Source of the DNA: Squalus acanthias
Taxonomy: Eukaryota
Reading direction: 5' to 3'
Length of the DNA: 64,000 nucleotides
NCBI GenBank assembly: GCA_030390025.1
Contig: CM059432.1
Location: forward strand, 46,254,001 to 46,318,000
The translations under genes and the position numbers were made by a program. Every line of letters begins with the position of its first letter. Within the stretch, counting starts at the first letter, position 1. Below are positions 25,901 to 36,588 of this stretch, one piece after another. The notes under the pieces were generated by a model. The model was not told the origin of the DNA. It saw only the letters and a list, made by a program, of their open reading frames with translations, and ran no database searches.

Positions 25901-27855
25901 CCCATCCCTAATACACTCAATGAACTCATCCTCAAGGCAGCCCTGCCCCATTTGATTTGTCCAATTAATATGATAGTTAAAATCCCCCATAATTATAGAT
26001 GTTCCCTTATTACATGCCTCAACTATTTCCTGATTGATACTCCGTCCAATAGAGTTGCAACTGTTCGGAGGCCTATAGACTACGCCCACTAATGTTTTTT
26101 TCCCCTTATTATTCCTTATCTCCACCCAAACTGTTTCATTATCATGATTTTTTGACCCAATATCATTACTCTGTATTACAGTGATTCCTTCCTTTATTAA
26201 CATAGCCACCCCACCTCCCCTTCCTTCCTGCCTGTCCTTCCTGATCGTTAAATAACCTGGTATGTTTAATTCCCAGGCATTGTCACCCTGCAGCCATGTT
26301 TCTGTAATGGCCACAATATCATAACCATATGTAGTTATTTGTGCCATTAACTCGTCTATTTTGTTACGAATGCTACGTGCATTCAGATAGAGAACTTTCA
26401 AATATGCTTTGTGGCACTTAGTTCCTGCTTTTTCACTTTTTACCAGTTTACCTTTTACTCCACACACTCTGTCCCTTCCTGCCACGCTCTGATTTGTGAT
26501 TCCCCTACTGCTACCTATGTCTATGACCCTCTCTGTTGTCATTTTTATTTTTTGCTCTCTTGAAACCTCCCCCCCACTAATTAGTTTATAGCCCTCTCCA
26601 CAGCCCTAGTTATTCGATTCGCCAGGACACTAGTCCCAGCACTGGCCAAGTGAAGTCCGTCCCAACGGAACAGCTCTCTCCTGCCCCAGTACTGGTGCCA
26701 GTGTCCCAAGAAGCAAAACCCATTTTTCCCACACCAGTCTTTGAGCCACGCATTCAACTCCCTGATTTTATTTACCCTAGCCAAATTTGCTCGTGGCTCA
26801 GGTAGTAATCCAGAGATTATTACCCTCGAGGTTCTGCTTTTTAATTTGGCCCCTAGCTGCTCAAACTCCCTCAGCAGAACCTCTTTCCTTGTCCTATCTA
26901 TGTCATTGGTACCAACATGGACCACGACAACTGGATCCTCCCCCTCCCACTCCAAGTTTCTCTCCAGCCCAGAGGAGATGTCCTTAACCCTGGCACCGGG
27001 CAGGCAACACAGCCTTCGGGACTCTCGCTCTTGGCTGCAAAGAACCCTATCGCCAATATCTCCCAGTTCGCAGTGCATTGCTGCATCAGGAAGGTCACAA
27101 ATGCCCTCTTTAAAAGGAGACGAGAGTTCATCTCTTTCCCCATGACCCCAGACAAGCAGCAAGAACGCGCTCTGGGCTTTGCGAGGATAGCGGGCTTCCC
27201 CATGGTGCAGGGCGCCATTGACTGCACGCATGTGGCTTTGCGTGCTCCTCATGAGAATGCCGAGGATTTCCGGAACAGAAAGGGGTTCCATTCCTTGAAT
27301 GTTCAGTTGGTCTGTGACCACAGACAGCTGATACTCGCTGTCAATGCCCACTATCCTGGCAGCTGCCACGATGCTTTCATCCTGCGCCAGACTACTGTGG
27401 CAGAACTTTTCGAGGCACCGCATCAGCCAGTTGGTTGGCTTCTCGGGGACAAGGGGTATCCACTGAGCACCTGGCTGATGACACCGCTCCGTACGCCCAA
27501 CACCCCTGCTGAGCTGCGGTACAACGAGAGCCATCAAGCTACCAGGAACATCGTGGAGCACACAATCGGCGTGCTCAAGCAACGGTTCCGCTGTCTCGAC
27601 CATTGTGGAGGAGCCCTGCAGTACTCGCCTGAGCGAGTTTCCAACATCGTAGTTGTGTGCTGCATGCTGCATAACATGGCAATCCTCAGGACCCAGCCAA
27701 TGCCACCAGGCCTTGGAGCACCACCAGAGGAGGAGGAGGAAGAGGAGGAAGAGGACGAGGAGGATGATCAGCAGCAGCACCAAGGCGTGAGGGCAGCCCA
27801 CAATGGTGAAACTGCAAGGGCCGTCCGTCAGCGGCTGATAGCAAGCCGCTTCTAG
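22997..27855 (+). CDS. Harbinger DDE transposase (386 aa after removing the CR1 at 23354-27051)
   Basis: 22997-23353 (...TGSFQSAVGDI) joins in frame to 27052-27855 (ANISQFAVH...). Catalytic motifs are GAIDCTH, LLGDKGY and RNIVEHTIG, followed by an acidic tail. Confidence 0.92.
23354..27048 (-). mobile_element. young 5'-truncated CR1 inserted in the Harbinger transposase
   Basis: ORF1 SGNH-esterase part (CLPGA, HVGTND, DGLHL) at 26581-27048. ORF2 is ORFs 25568..26542 plus 23592..25622, one frameshift apart near the T-run at ~25581-25587. (TTCTTATG)n tail at 23354-23375; ATC is duplicated at the junctions. Confidence 0.95.
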
Positions 27856-28166
27856 GCCCCTGCTGTGGAAATGGCTTCTGCCATTGAGAACAGCATGAAT
27901 GAACCCAACACGCAACCCCTAAGCCGGCCAAGGCACCAATGATTCCAAACACCAAACATGTATATTTTGAGTACCAAAACTTATTTATTTTACAAACTCT
28001 GTGTGTGTCATTTCTTCATGACAAACTCATACAAATAAACACAAAAAAACAGTCATTACCATAACTGGTTCTCACAACCTGGAGATCATGTGCAAAACAC
28101 TCAACAAAAGTTTGACCACGAACCTCGGCCTTTAATAAAAAAATGACCAGCATTTTGTCACACCTC

Positions 28167-29956
28167 CTACATCGAGGGTGAACTCCTTCCCGTGCGCCCT
28201 TCCCCCCTTCTTACCCTACTGCTCCTCCGCAATGGGACCTCAGTGGCTGCAGCAAGGCTGGTGGAAGGCTGCTGACTGTCAGGCCCTGACAATGCAGATG
28301 CCCTTGAGGGACGGCCTCGACTAGTTCTGGGCCTGGAGGGCCCGGCTGCAGACTGCACCAACTCTGCATGGGCGGCAGCAGTCTGTCCTACAGGCGGTGG
28401 CAACTGCAGTGGAGAACTGACAGTGGTGGCAGCAGGAATGCTGTCATCTTGAGCGAGGACAGCAACTCCCTGCTCGACCGGCACACTGGCACTCCCACGG
28501 GGCAGCACCTCATCATCCGGAGCAATCTGCTGGAGCACAGATTGCTGGCCTGCTGCGGCGCGGTGAGACCCCCGGGGAAATGTGAACGAACCAGCGAGGA
28601 TGGCAGCAGACAGTGCTCGCGTGACCTCAATCTGAGTCTGCATGAGAGCAGTCTGAGATTGAATTGCAGCACTGAGCTTCAGTGTCGCATCCGCCTGCGC
28701 TGCAGCGAAGTGCTCCACACTCCTTGCCAGTGCTTCAATGCATTCGGGCACCCTACCCACTGCAGCCATGAGCTCAGTGTGCATGCCCACCGCCTGGGTG
28801 TTCATTTCTGCGATCAGCCGCTCCTCCTCTGCGTCCAGTGCAGCAGGACTCGCTGGCATACTCTCCCTCCGGGGAGAAGGCCCACGAGCTTCCCTACCCC
28901 CATCGCGTTGCTGCAGCCCGCTGGGTCCTGGAGCTTCACCCTCATCAGACCCTTCCCCCCTGCTCCCCTCCAGGGAAGGCGTGTTCTCAGTATCGGCATA
29001 GGCTTCCTCGGGAGAGGGTGGCACTGATGCTCCGGCTTCCTCTTCCTCCTCGGCTGCAGCTTCACTCCCACTGGCAGCTTCAGGGCCCGTCTCCTCAGCT
29101 GGTGAATCACCATCTGAAAGCAGGGAGGTACAAGAGTGGCTTTAGCGTGAGGACAGGGTGGCAGTAAGGGAGGAATAAGTGCAGCGAGTTAGTAAGTTGG
29201 ATTGAAAGTGTCAAAGGCTGGTGTTGTGAGGGACAAGTGGAAGGACAGAGGACAAAAAGGTGATGACCTTACCATTGCTGTCCAGAACGGGGTCGGCGTC
29301 TCCAGTGGCGACGGGACCGATCACCCGGCTTGCCACAATCCTGTGGACGCGCTCCTCAAGATCGCTGAGGGGTTGCAGCTGAGGCCGCCCTCCACCTGTC
29401 CGTTGCTGCTGTCTCCTATTATGCGCCAGCTTGGCCTGCAAGAAAAAGGACGGCGTCTGAATAAATATACAGCCATGGTCTTGCCTGATGTGCCTCCCAT
29501 AGGTGAATAGCCCTTACTGTATACAGCCATGGTCTTGCCTGATGTGCCTCCCATAGGTGAATAGCCCTTACTGTAGTCAAAGTATGGAATGTGTGTGTGT
29601 GCTTCATGAAAGGTCCATAGGTGTTGGATGAGTGTTGTTAATTGTGGTTTTAAGACCCTCTGGCCATAGAGTGAGGTTGAGATGGAGGGATGGAGAGGTA
29701 TTGCAAAAAAGCCACTCACCCAGACGACCCGAGTGAGGTCGTTGAACTTTTTCCGGCATTGTACATGGGTCCTGGGCACCATGCTCCTGGAGGAGACGCG
29801 CTGAGCCACCTCCCTCCACACTCTTCTGTAGTCGCACGGCAAAGGCCTCCTGCCACTCTCTGGGTACAGTATTGGTCTTCGGCGCTCCACCGCGCCAACC
29901 AGAGCATCCAAGGCCCGCTCGGTGAAGCGCTCAGCTCGTTCTCTCAACCCCTCCAT
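28167..29956 (-). CDS. Harbinger Myb/SANT-like protein, 3 exons, 448 aa, apparently intact
   Basis: Exons 29956-29720 (237 nt, donor GTGAGT), 29435-29273 (163 nt, acceptor TGCAG, donor GTAAG) and 29113-28167 (947 nt, acceptor TTTCAG) splice in frame to 449 codons. Trihelix signature RFTERALDALV...VWREVA...QCRKKFNDL. Confidence 0.88.
29467..29574. repeat. 54-bp tandem duplication in Myb intron 1
   Basis: ATACAGCCATGGTCTTGCCTGATGTGCCTCCCATAGGTGAATAGCCCTTACTGT occurs twice, starting at 29467 and 29521. Confidence 0.9.
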
Positions 29957-30317
29957 CCTTGGCTGGAAAATGGATTCACAGGTCTCTCCAGGCCGAGATT
30001 CAAGGCTGCAATGAGCAGGGTGTGGCTGGGGAGCAAGATCGCCCCCCCCCTTTAAGAACTGGCCGGCGCCAGTGTGTCTGTGTTCCCTCGCTAACTGGCA
30101 GCACCTGCGCTGCGCTCGCGCTCTGAGTTAGCGCCTCACTCCTCGGCCTTTGCGCCTTAAGACAGGTGTGCAGCGCCTGATTTAGCGCTCCAATCACCTC
30201 CCGGGGCGTTAAAAGTGAAGTTTCCAGTCAGTGGCGATAATTAGCGCCAGGCGCTAATTTTTGCGCCCGGACAATATTTGCGCCCCAAACGGGGCGCGAC
30301 TGAATTTTTCCCCCATA

Positions 30318-31625
30318 GAAACATAGAAACATACAAAAATAGGAGCAGGAGTAGGTCATTCGGCCCTTCGATATGATCATGCCTAATCCTCTTTCTCAAT
30401 ACCATATTCCCGCTCTCTCCCAATACCCCTTGATGCCTTTTATGTCTAGAAATCTATCTATCTCCTTAAATATATTCAGTGACTTGGCCTCCACAGCCTT
30501 CTGTGGTAGAGAATTCCATAGGTTCACCACCCTCTGAGTGAAGAAATTTCTCCTCATCTCAGTCCTAAATGTCCTACCCCGTATCCTGAGACTGTGACCC
30601 CTCGTTCTAGATCCTCCAGCCAGGGGAAACATCCTCCCTGCATCCAGTCTGTCTAGCCCTGTCAGAATGTTATATGTTTCAATGAGATCCCCTCTCATTC
30701 TTCTAAACTCTAGTGAATACAGACCTAGTCGACCCAATCTCTCCTCATACGACAGTCCTGCCATCCCAGGAATCAGTCTGGTGAACCTTCGCTGCACTCC
30801 CTCTATGGCAAGTATATCCTTTCTTAGGTAAGGAGAGCAAAACTGCACACAGTACTCCAGGTGTGGTCTTACTAAGGCCCTGTATAACTGTAGTAAGACA
30901 TCCTTGTTCCTGTACTCAAATCCTTTTGCAATGAAGGCCAACACACCATTTGCCTTCCTAACTGCTTGCTGCAGCTGCATGTTTGCTTTCAGTGACTGGT
31001 GTACAGGACACCCAAGTCCCTTTGTACATCAACATTTCCCAATCTATCACCATTTAAATAATACTCTGCCTTTCTGTTTTTCCTACCGAAGTGGATAATT
31101 TCACATTTATCCACGTTATACTGCATCTGCCATGTATTTGCCCACTCACTCAACTTGTCTAAATCGCCTTGAAGCCTCTTTGCATTCTCCTCACAACTTA
31201 CAATCCTACCTAGTTTTGTGTCATCAGCAAACTTGGAAATATTACATTTGATTCCCTTATCCAAATCATTGATATATATTGTGAATAGCTGGGGCCCAAG
31301 CACTGATCCCTGCGGTACCCCACTAGTTACCGCCTGCCACCCCGAAAAAGACCCATTTATTCCTACTCTCTGTTTCCTGTCTGTTAGCCAATTTTCAATC
31401 CATGCCAGTATATTACCCCCAATCCCATGTGCTTTAATTTTGCACACTAACCTCTTCTGTGGGACTTTATCAAAGGCCTTCTGAAAATCCAAATACACCA
31501 CATCCACTGGTTCTCCCTTATCTATTCTACCAGTTACATCCTCAAAAAACTCCAGTAGGTTTGTCAAACACGATTTCCCTTTCATAAATCCATGTTGACT
31601 TTGTCTAATCCCGTTGATATTTTCG
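30318..31625 (-). mobile_element. 5'-truncated CR1 whose 3' tail repeat was the Harbinger target
   Basis: ORFs 30396..30980 and the CR1 part of 30989..31804 (QHGF, KFADD). The (TAGAAACA)n tail is present on both sides of the Harbinger (22475-22484 and 30315-30332). Confidence 0.9.
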
Positions 31626-33957
31626 AAGTGTGAAATGAGGAAGGTACAAGTGTGGAGTTGTGGTGAGGGGAGGGTGGGAAAGCAAGAGGTGCATGCGAGA
31701 AGGAGGATAACATGTGAGGATACCAGCATCTTGTATCCTTTCAGCCCCACCGCTGGCTCAGCCATGCCCCTGTCAAGAATGGCCAGCACCGTCTCCTCCA
31801 CCATGGTGAGGTGAAGTTGGGAATGGGAGGTATGCCTCGTGTTTGGTACAGATTGTTGGTAGGTGAGTGATTGGTGGGGGCAGGGGGGTTGGTGGGGGAG
31901 TCCTGCTTTGAGAAGTGTGTGAGGCTAGTGATGATGTTGGTAGGAGACGGCTTTTAAGGATGCATTCACTGATCTTGACCAGTCATGAAGCTTCTTTGGG
32001 CACTGGAGCCAGGTGGTGGGGCGACACTGCTGGCCGTGACGTCGCGGTGATCTGGTCCACCATCGTTCTTTCTGGAGGGCCTCCTGGCCCCTGTGGGTAG
32101 AGGACCTCTCTTGCCGTGTTGAGCCCCTGCACAAAGCTGGAGTGCTGCGTGCGAGACCCTGGTTGCCGTTCCCTGGCTTGCTGTGTTAGCGCTGAAGCAC
32201 TTTTCCCATTTTTTTTAGGTGTGGAAGGGAATGCAGTTTTAAGAGCTGAAGACTCCCATTTGGGAATTCTTTTTGATGTTAATTTTTTTCAGAAGGCAGT
32301 AAGAGCTAAAAACTACCTATTTTTACATGATTTTTATATTTTCATTTCAGAAGACAGTTCCCCTTTAAGGGACCGAACTGCTTTCTGAAATGACAGCCTC
32401 GCTTTCAGAGCAGGCTGTTCTTGCTGCAATGACGCTACAGCCACGCTACATTGGGGCCTCCTGCCAGGGAGAATGCCACCAGATGTGGCACAGGGAGTTT
32501 AGCGCTAGGCTAATGTTAATTAGTCACCAGCGTCAATTTACCGGCCCTGCCAGCACCACCATTTTCGGCGGCAGTTAACACCGGCCTGCGGTGGCACCGG
32601 CATGTTTTTAGCATTATCAAATTTTTAGGCCTCTGTTCCTTCACAGTTCCCAGCTTCTCACCATTTAGAAAATACTCTGATCCATCTTTCTTCGGTCCAA
32701 AGGGAATGACCTCACACTTCTCCATATTGAATTCCATCTACTACAATTTTGCCCACTCACTTAATCTACCAATATCCCTTTGCAATTTTCTGCTCCCTTC
32801 TGCACTACTAACCTAGTGCTATTAGAAAACTTGGATATCTGGCTTTCTATTCCTTTATCTTAGTTATTTAAAAATATAATGAAAAGCTGAGGTCCCAGTA
32901 CAGATCCCTGCGGGACACCACTAGTCACATCCTGCCAATTGGAGTACATATCTAATATCCCTACTCTCTGTCTCCTACCTCTTAACCAATTCCCTACCCA
33001 TGTCAAAGGGTTGTCTCCAATTGCATGTGCTTCCATTTTTCCTAATAGTCTCTTGTATGGAACCTTATCGAATGCCTTCTGAATGTCCATATAAATACCA
33101 TCCATAGATAGTCCCTTATTTACCACTTTGTTAGATTGATGGATGTAAACACAGAATCAGGTGCAGAGAGTGATGCAGTGATCACCTGTACTCCAGACAG
33201 CCAAGGATCCAATTCCTTAACAGGGCGCCATCTTTTTTTTGCCCTCTTCCAGTTTTCATGATTCTCAAGACCAAGCAGTCCAAACACAACTTTAATGGGC
33301 TCCGTGAGCACTTTTATTTGCTAAAGTCTTCCCCAGTGGTCCTCCTAGACTGTTGTTTGAAGTCAACTTTCTCTGGTTGTTTTCTTAACTTTTTCTTAAT
33401 TTTTTGAATTTTTGTTTGGCCTTTCTGGCAAATCTTTTGGCTGATGAGGATGCTATTCAATTGTCTTGATGTTTCTTCATAGGTATTCCTGCTGATGTGT
33501 GATAGGAAGAAGGATGCTGTTATGGCAAAATTTGTTGCCAACTTTGATATCTCTTCAATGACGATTGCCACCTCTGATTTCAAGAAATACTAATTTCTGA
33601 TTTTTGGTGCTACTTCATTCTGATTTTCTGATCAACACATCTGGATAATCTCCTCCCTGATCTATTATTGGGGTCAAGAGGCTAATTACCTCTTAGTTCA
33701 GATACTAAATTACATTTATCGTGACAGACTCTGCCTGGGTGGGTTAACTTTCCACCAATTGGAAGTTCAAATGCTAGTAATTTGAAAATGCCGTATTCCC
33801 TTGGGGATAGAAGTTGTGTGGCTCGCATGCCTCAAGAGCTCTGATGATCAACACCCAGAAAATCACCTTCTATGTTTCAATACAGTGCAACCCTTTTATG
33901 TCTTAATCTTGAGAAGTCGCACAACACCAGGTTATAGTCCAACAGTTTTATTTGAAA

Positions 33958-33995
33958 TCACAAGCTTTCGGATTTACTGCTCCTTCATCGGGTGA
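33958..33995 (-). ncRNA. hammerhead ribozyme motif, U4C core variant
   Basis: UCAC-CCGAUGA-A-GGA(GCAGUAAA)UCC-GAAA-GC-UU-GUGA. Confidence 0.7.
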
Positions 33996-34306
33996 AGTAA
34001 AGAGATACAGAATCTCCAAAGCATATATAGATAGAGAACAATGCATGTGTACCTTACAATGGCAGACAACTAAATTTAATCATCCTGACTGTTTATCTGC
34101 CGAGGTGTGACAAAAGGCAATCAGGTCAGCCAGGAAGGTACCACATCAAAGACATAGCAAGATACAACTGAGACAATGAGGTGGAGTCACAGGGGGTCTA
34201 ACGTGTCAAAAGCTGCAGTCTGTATGTAAAACGATAAACTTTAAAATGTTTACTTTTTTACTGGGAATCACATCTGTGAACAAGCCAACGACGACTCGAG
34301 TCCGGA

Positions 34307-36047
34307 TTACGTCATGTATCGTGACATAAACCCAAGATCCCGGTTGAGACCGTCCTTATGAGTGCGGAACTTGGCTATCAGTTTCTGCTCGATGATTTTG
34401 CGTTGTCGTGTGTTTCTAAGGCCGCCTTGGAGAATGCTTACCCGCAGATCCGAGGCTGAATGTCCTTGACTGCTGAAGTGTTCCCCGACTGGGAGGTAAC
34501 AATCCTGCCTGGCGATTGTTGCGCGGTGCCCGTTCATACGTTGTCTCAGTGTCTGCATGGTCTCGCCGATGTACCATGCCGCGGTGCATTCTTTCCTGCA
34601 ACGTATGAGGTAGACAACGTTGGCCGAGTCACATGAGTATGTACCATGTACCTGGTGGGTAGTGTCCTCACGTGTGATGATGGTATCTGTGTTGATGATC
34701 TGGCATGTCTTGCAGAGGTTGCCGTGGCAGGGTTGTGTGGTGTCGTGGTCGCTGTTATCCTGAAAGCTGGGTAATTTGCTGCGAATGATGGTACTTCTGA
34801 GGTTAGGCGGCTGTTTGAAGGCAAGTAGTGGAGGCGTGGGGATGGCCTTAGCGAGGTGTTCATCGTCATCGATGACATGTTGAAGGCTGCGAAGAACATG
34901 GCATAGTTTCTCCGCTCCGGGGAAGTACTGGACGACGTAGGGTACCCTGTTGGTTGTGTCCCGTGTTTGCCTTCTGAGGAGGTCTATGCGATTTTTCGCT
35001 GTGGCCCGTCGGAACTGTCGATCGATGAGTCGAGCGTCATATCCCGTTCTTACGAGGGCGTTTTTCAGCGTCCGTAGGTGTCCATCGCGTTCCTCCTCAT
35101 CTGAGCAGATCCTGTGTATTCGCAGGGCTTGTCCATAGGGGATGGCTTCTTTAACGTGGTTAGGGTGGAAGCTGGAGAAGTGGAGCATCGTGAGGTTGTC
35201 CGTGGGCTTGCGGTAGAGTGAAGTGCTGAGGTGTCCGTCTTTGATGGAGATTCGTGTGTCCAGGAATGAAACCGATTCTGAGGAGTAGTCCATGGTGAGT
35301 TTGATGGTGGGATGGAACTTGTTTATGTTATCGTGTAGTCTTTTCAGTGATCCTTCGCCATGGGTCCAAAGGAAGAAAATGTCGTCGATGTATCTGGTGT
35401 ACAGCGTTGGCTGGAGGTACTGTGCAGCGAAGAAGTCTTGCTCGAACTTGTGCATGAAGATGTTGGCGTATTGGGGTGCGAATTTGGTCCCCATGGCTGT
35501 TCCGTGTGTTTGGGTAAAAAAATGGTTGTCGAAGGTGAAGACATTGTGGTCAAGGATGAAGCGGATGAGTTGTAGGATGGCGTCTGGAGATTGGCTGTTG
35601 TTGGTGTTGAGTACTGAGGCTGTCGCAGCGATGCCGTTATCGTGGGGGATAATGGTGTAGAGTGCCGATACGTCCATCGTGGCGAGGAGTGTTCCTGGTT
35701 CAACTGGTCCGTGGGTGCTGAGTTTCTGTAAGAAGTCTGTAGTGTCGCGACAGAAGCTGGGGGTTCCCTGTACGATGGGTTTCAGGATGCCCTCGACGTA
35801 TCCAGAGAGGTTCTCACACAGGGTTCCGTTGCCTGATATGATAGGACGTCCGGGTGTGTTGGCTTTGTGTATCTTTGGGAGGCAGTAGAAGTCTCCCACG
35901 CGGGGAGTACGTGGGATGAGAGCGCGTAGGATGTTTTGAAGGTCTGGATCGAAGGTCTTGATCAGTCTATTGAGTTGGCGGGTGTGTTCTTTGGTCGGAT
36001 CTGCGGGTAGCTGTCTGTAGTGTTCCTGGTTGTCCAGTTGTCGGTAT
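34307..36047 (-). CDS. Penelope reverse transcriptase + GIY-YIG endonuclease (5'-truncated, otherwise open)
   Basis: ORF 34307..36103 contains LPKIHK, GRPIIS, MDVSALYT, GTAMGT, RYIDDIF and VVYLIRC...WYIGET...GLN. The first ~18 codons come from the inverted arm. Confidence 0.9.
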
Positions 36048-36550
36048 GTTGTCGGCAGGATTGTTACCTCCCAGTCGGGGAACACTTCAGCAGTCAAGGA
36101 CATTCAGCCTCGGATCTGCGGGTAAGCGTTCTCCAAGGCGGCCTTAGGAACACACGACAACGCAAAATCATCGAGCAGAAACTGATAGCCAAGTTCCGCA
36201 CTCATGAGGACGGTCTCAACCGGGATCTTGGGTTTATGTCACGATGCATGACGTAATCCGGCTTGTTCACAGATGTGATTCCCAGTAAAAAAGTAAACAT
36301 TTTAAAGTTTATCGTTTTACATACAGACTGCAGCTTTTGACACGTTAGACCCCCTGTGACTCCACCTCATTGTCTCAGTTGTATCTTTCTATGTCTTTGA
36401 TGTGGTACCTTCCTGGCTGACCTGATTGCCTTTTGTCACACCTCGGCAGATAAACAGTCAGGATGATTAAATTTAGTTGTCTGCCATTGTAAGGTACACA
36501 TGCATTGTTCTCTATCTATATATGCTTTGGCGATTCTGTATCTCTTTACT

Positions 36551-36588
36551 TCACCCGACGAAGGAGCAGTAACTCCGAAAGCTTGTGA
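36551..36588 (+). ncRNA. hammerhead ribozyme motif, U4C core variant
   Basis: UCAC-CCGACGA-A-GGAG(CAGUAA)CUCC-GAAA-GC-UU-GUGA. Confidence 0.72.

Larger units (their letters stand above)
22485..30314. mobile_element. complete autonomous-type PIF/Harbinger transposon (family B), interrupted by one CR1
   Basis: Perfect 16-bp TIRs GGGGGAAAAATTCAGT (22485-22500 and 30299-30314), ATA TSD (22482-22484 and 30315-30317), and convergent transposase and Myb genes. Confidence 0.95.
21719..32629. mobile_element. decayed or composite Harbinger hosting a CR1 and the complete Harbinger
   Basis: TIR-like GGGGGGAGAAATTCGG at 21719, with 21719-22010 resembling the reverse complement of 30040-30314. Myb-like remnants lie on (-) at ~31730-32160 (MVEETVLAIL; WLQCPKKLHD), and a TIR-like AAATTTTTAGGCC at ~32619-32631. 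The two ends may come from different families. Confidence 0.55.
21440..33126 (-). mobile_element. old CR1 split by an ~11-kb nested block (pieces 21440-21718 and ~32630-33126)
   Basis: ORF 21424..21657 (LYKALVRPH) continues upstream in ORFs 32516..32737 (MEFNMEKCEV) and 32860..33126 (SGVPQGSVLGP). Confidence 0.7.

Noticed and set aside
22997..27855. Domesticated host genes HARBI1 / NAIF1
   Set aside because: The genes lie between TIRs with a TSD and have several decayed paralogues in the window, so they are transposon copies. No gene symbol was assigned.
26581..27915. 444-aa ORF that looks like a novel esterase fusion protein
   Set aside because: The N-terminal ~290 codons are the antisense of the Harbinger transposase, and the rest is truncated CR1 ORF1; it is a junction artefact.
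29467..29574. CRISPR-like or coding repeat (YSKGYSPMGGTSGKTMAV x2)
   Set aside because: Simple two-copy tandem duplication with no spacers, located inside an intron.
30989..31804. 271-aa ORF with an unusual N-terminus on an RT
   Set aside because: Chance in-frame join of a Myb exon/intron remnant to a 5'-truncated CR1.
33841..33870. Additional CTGATGA hammerhead-like cores (also ~36822 and ~37499)
   Set aside because: No stem II followed by GAAA, and no stem I pairing.
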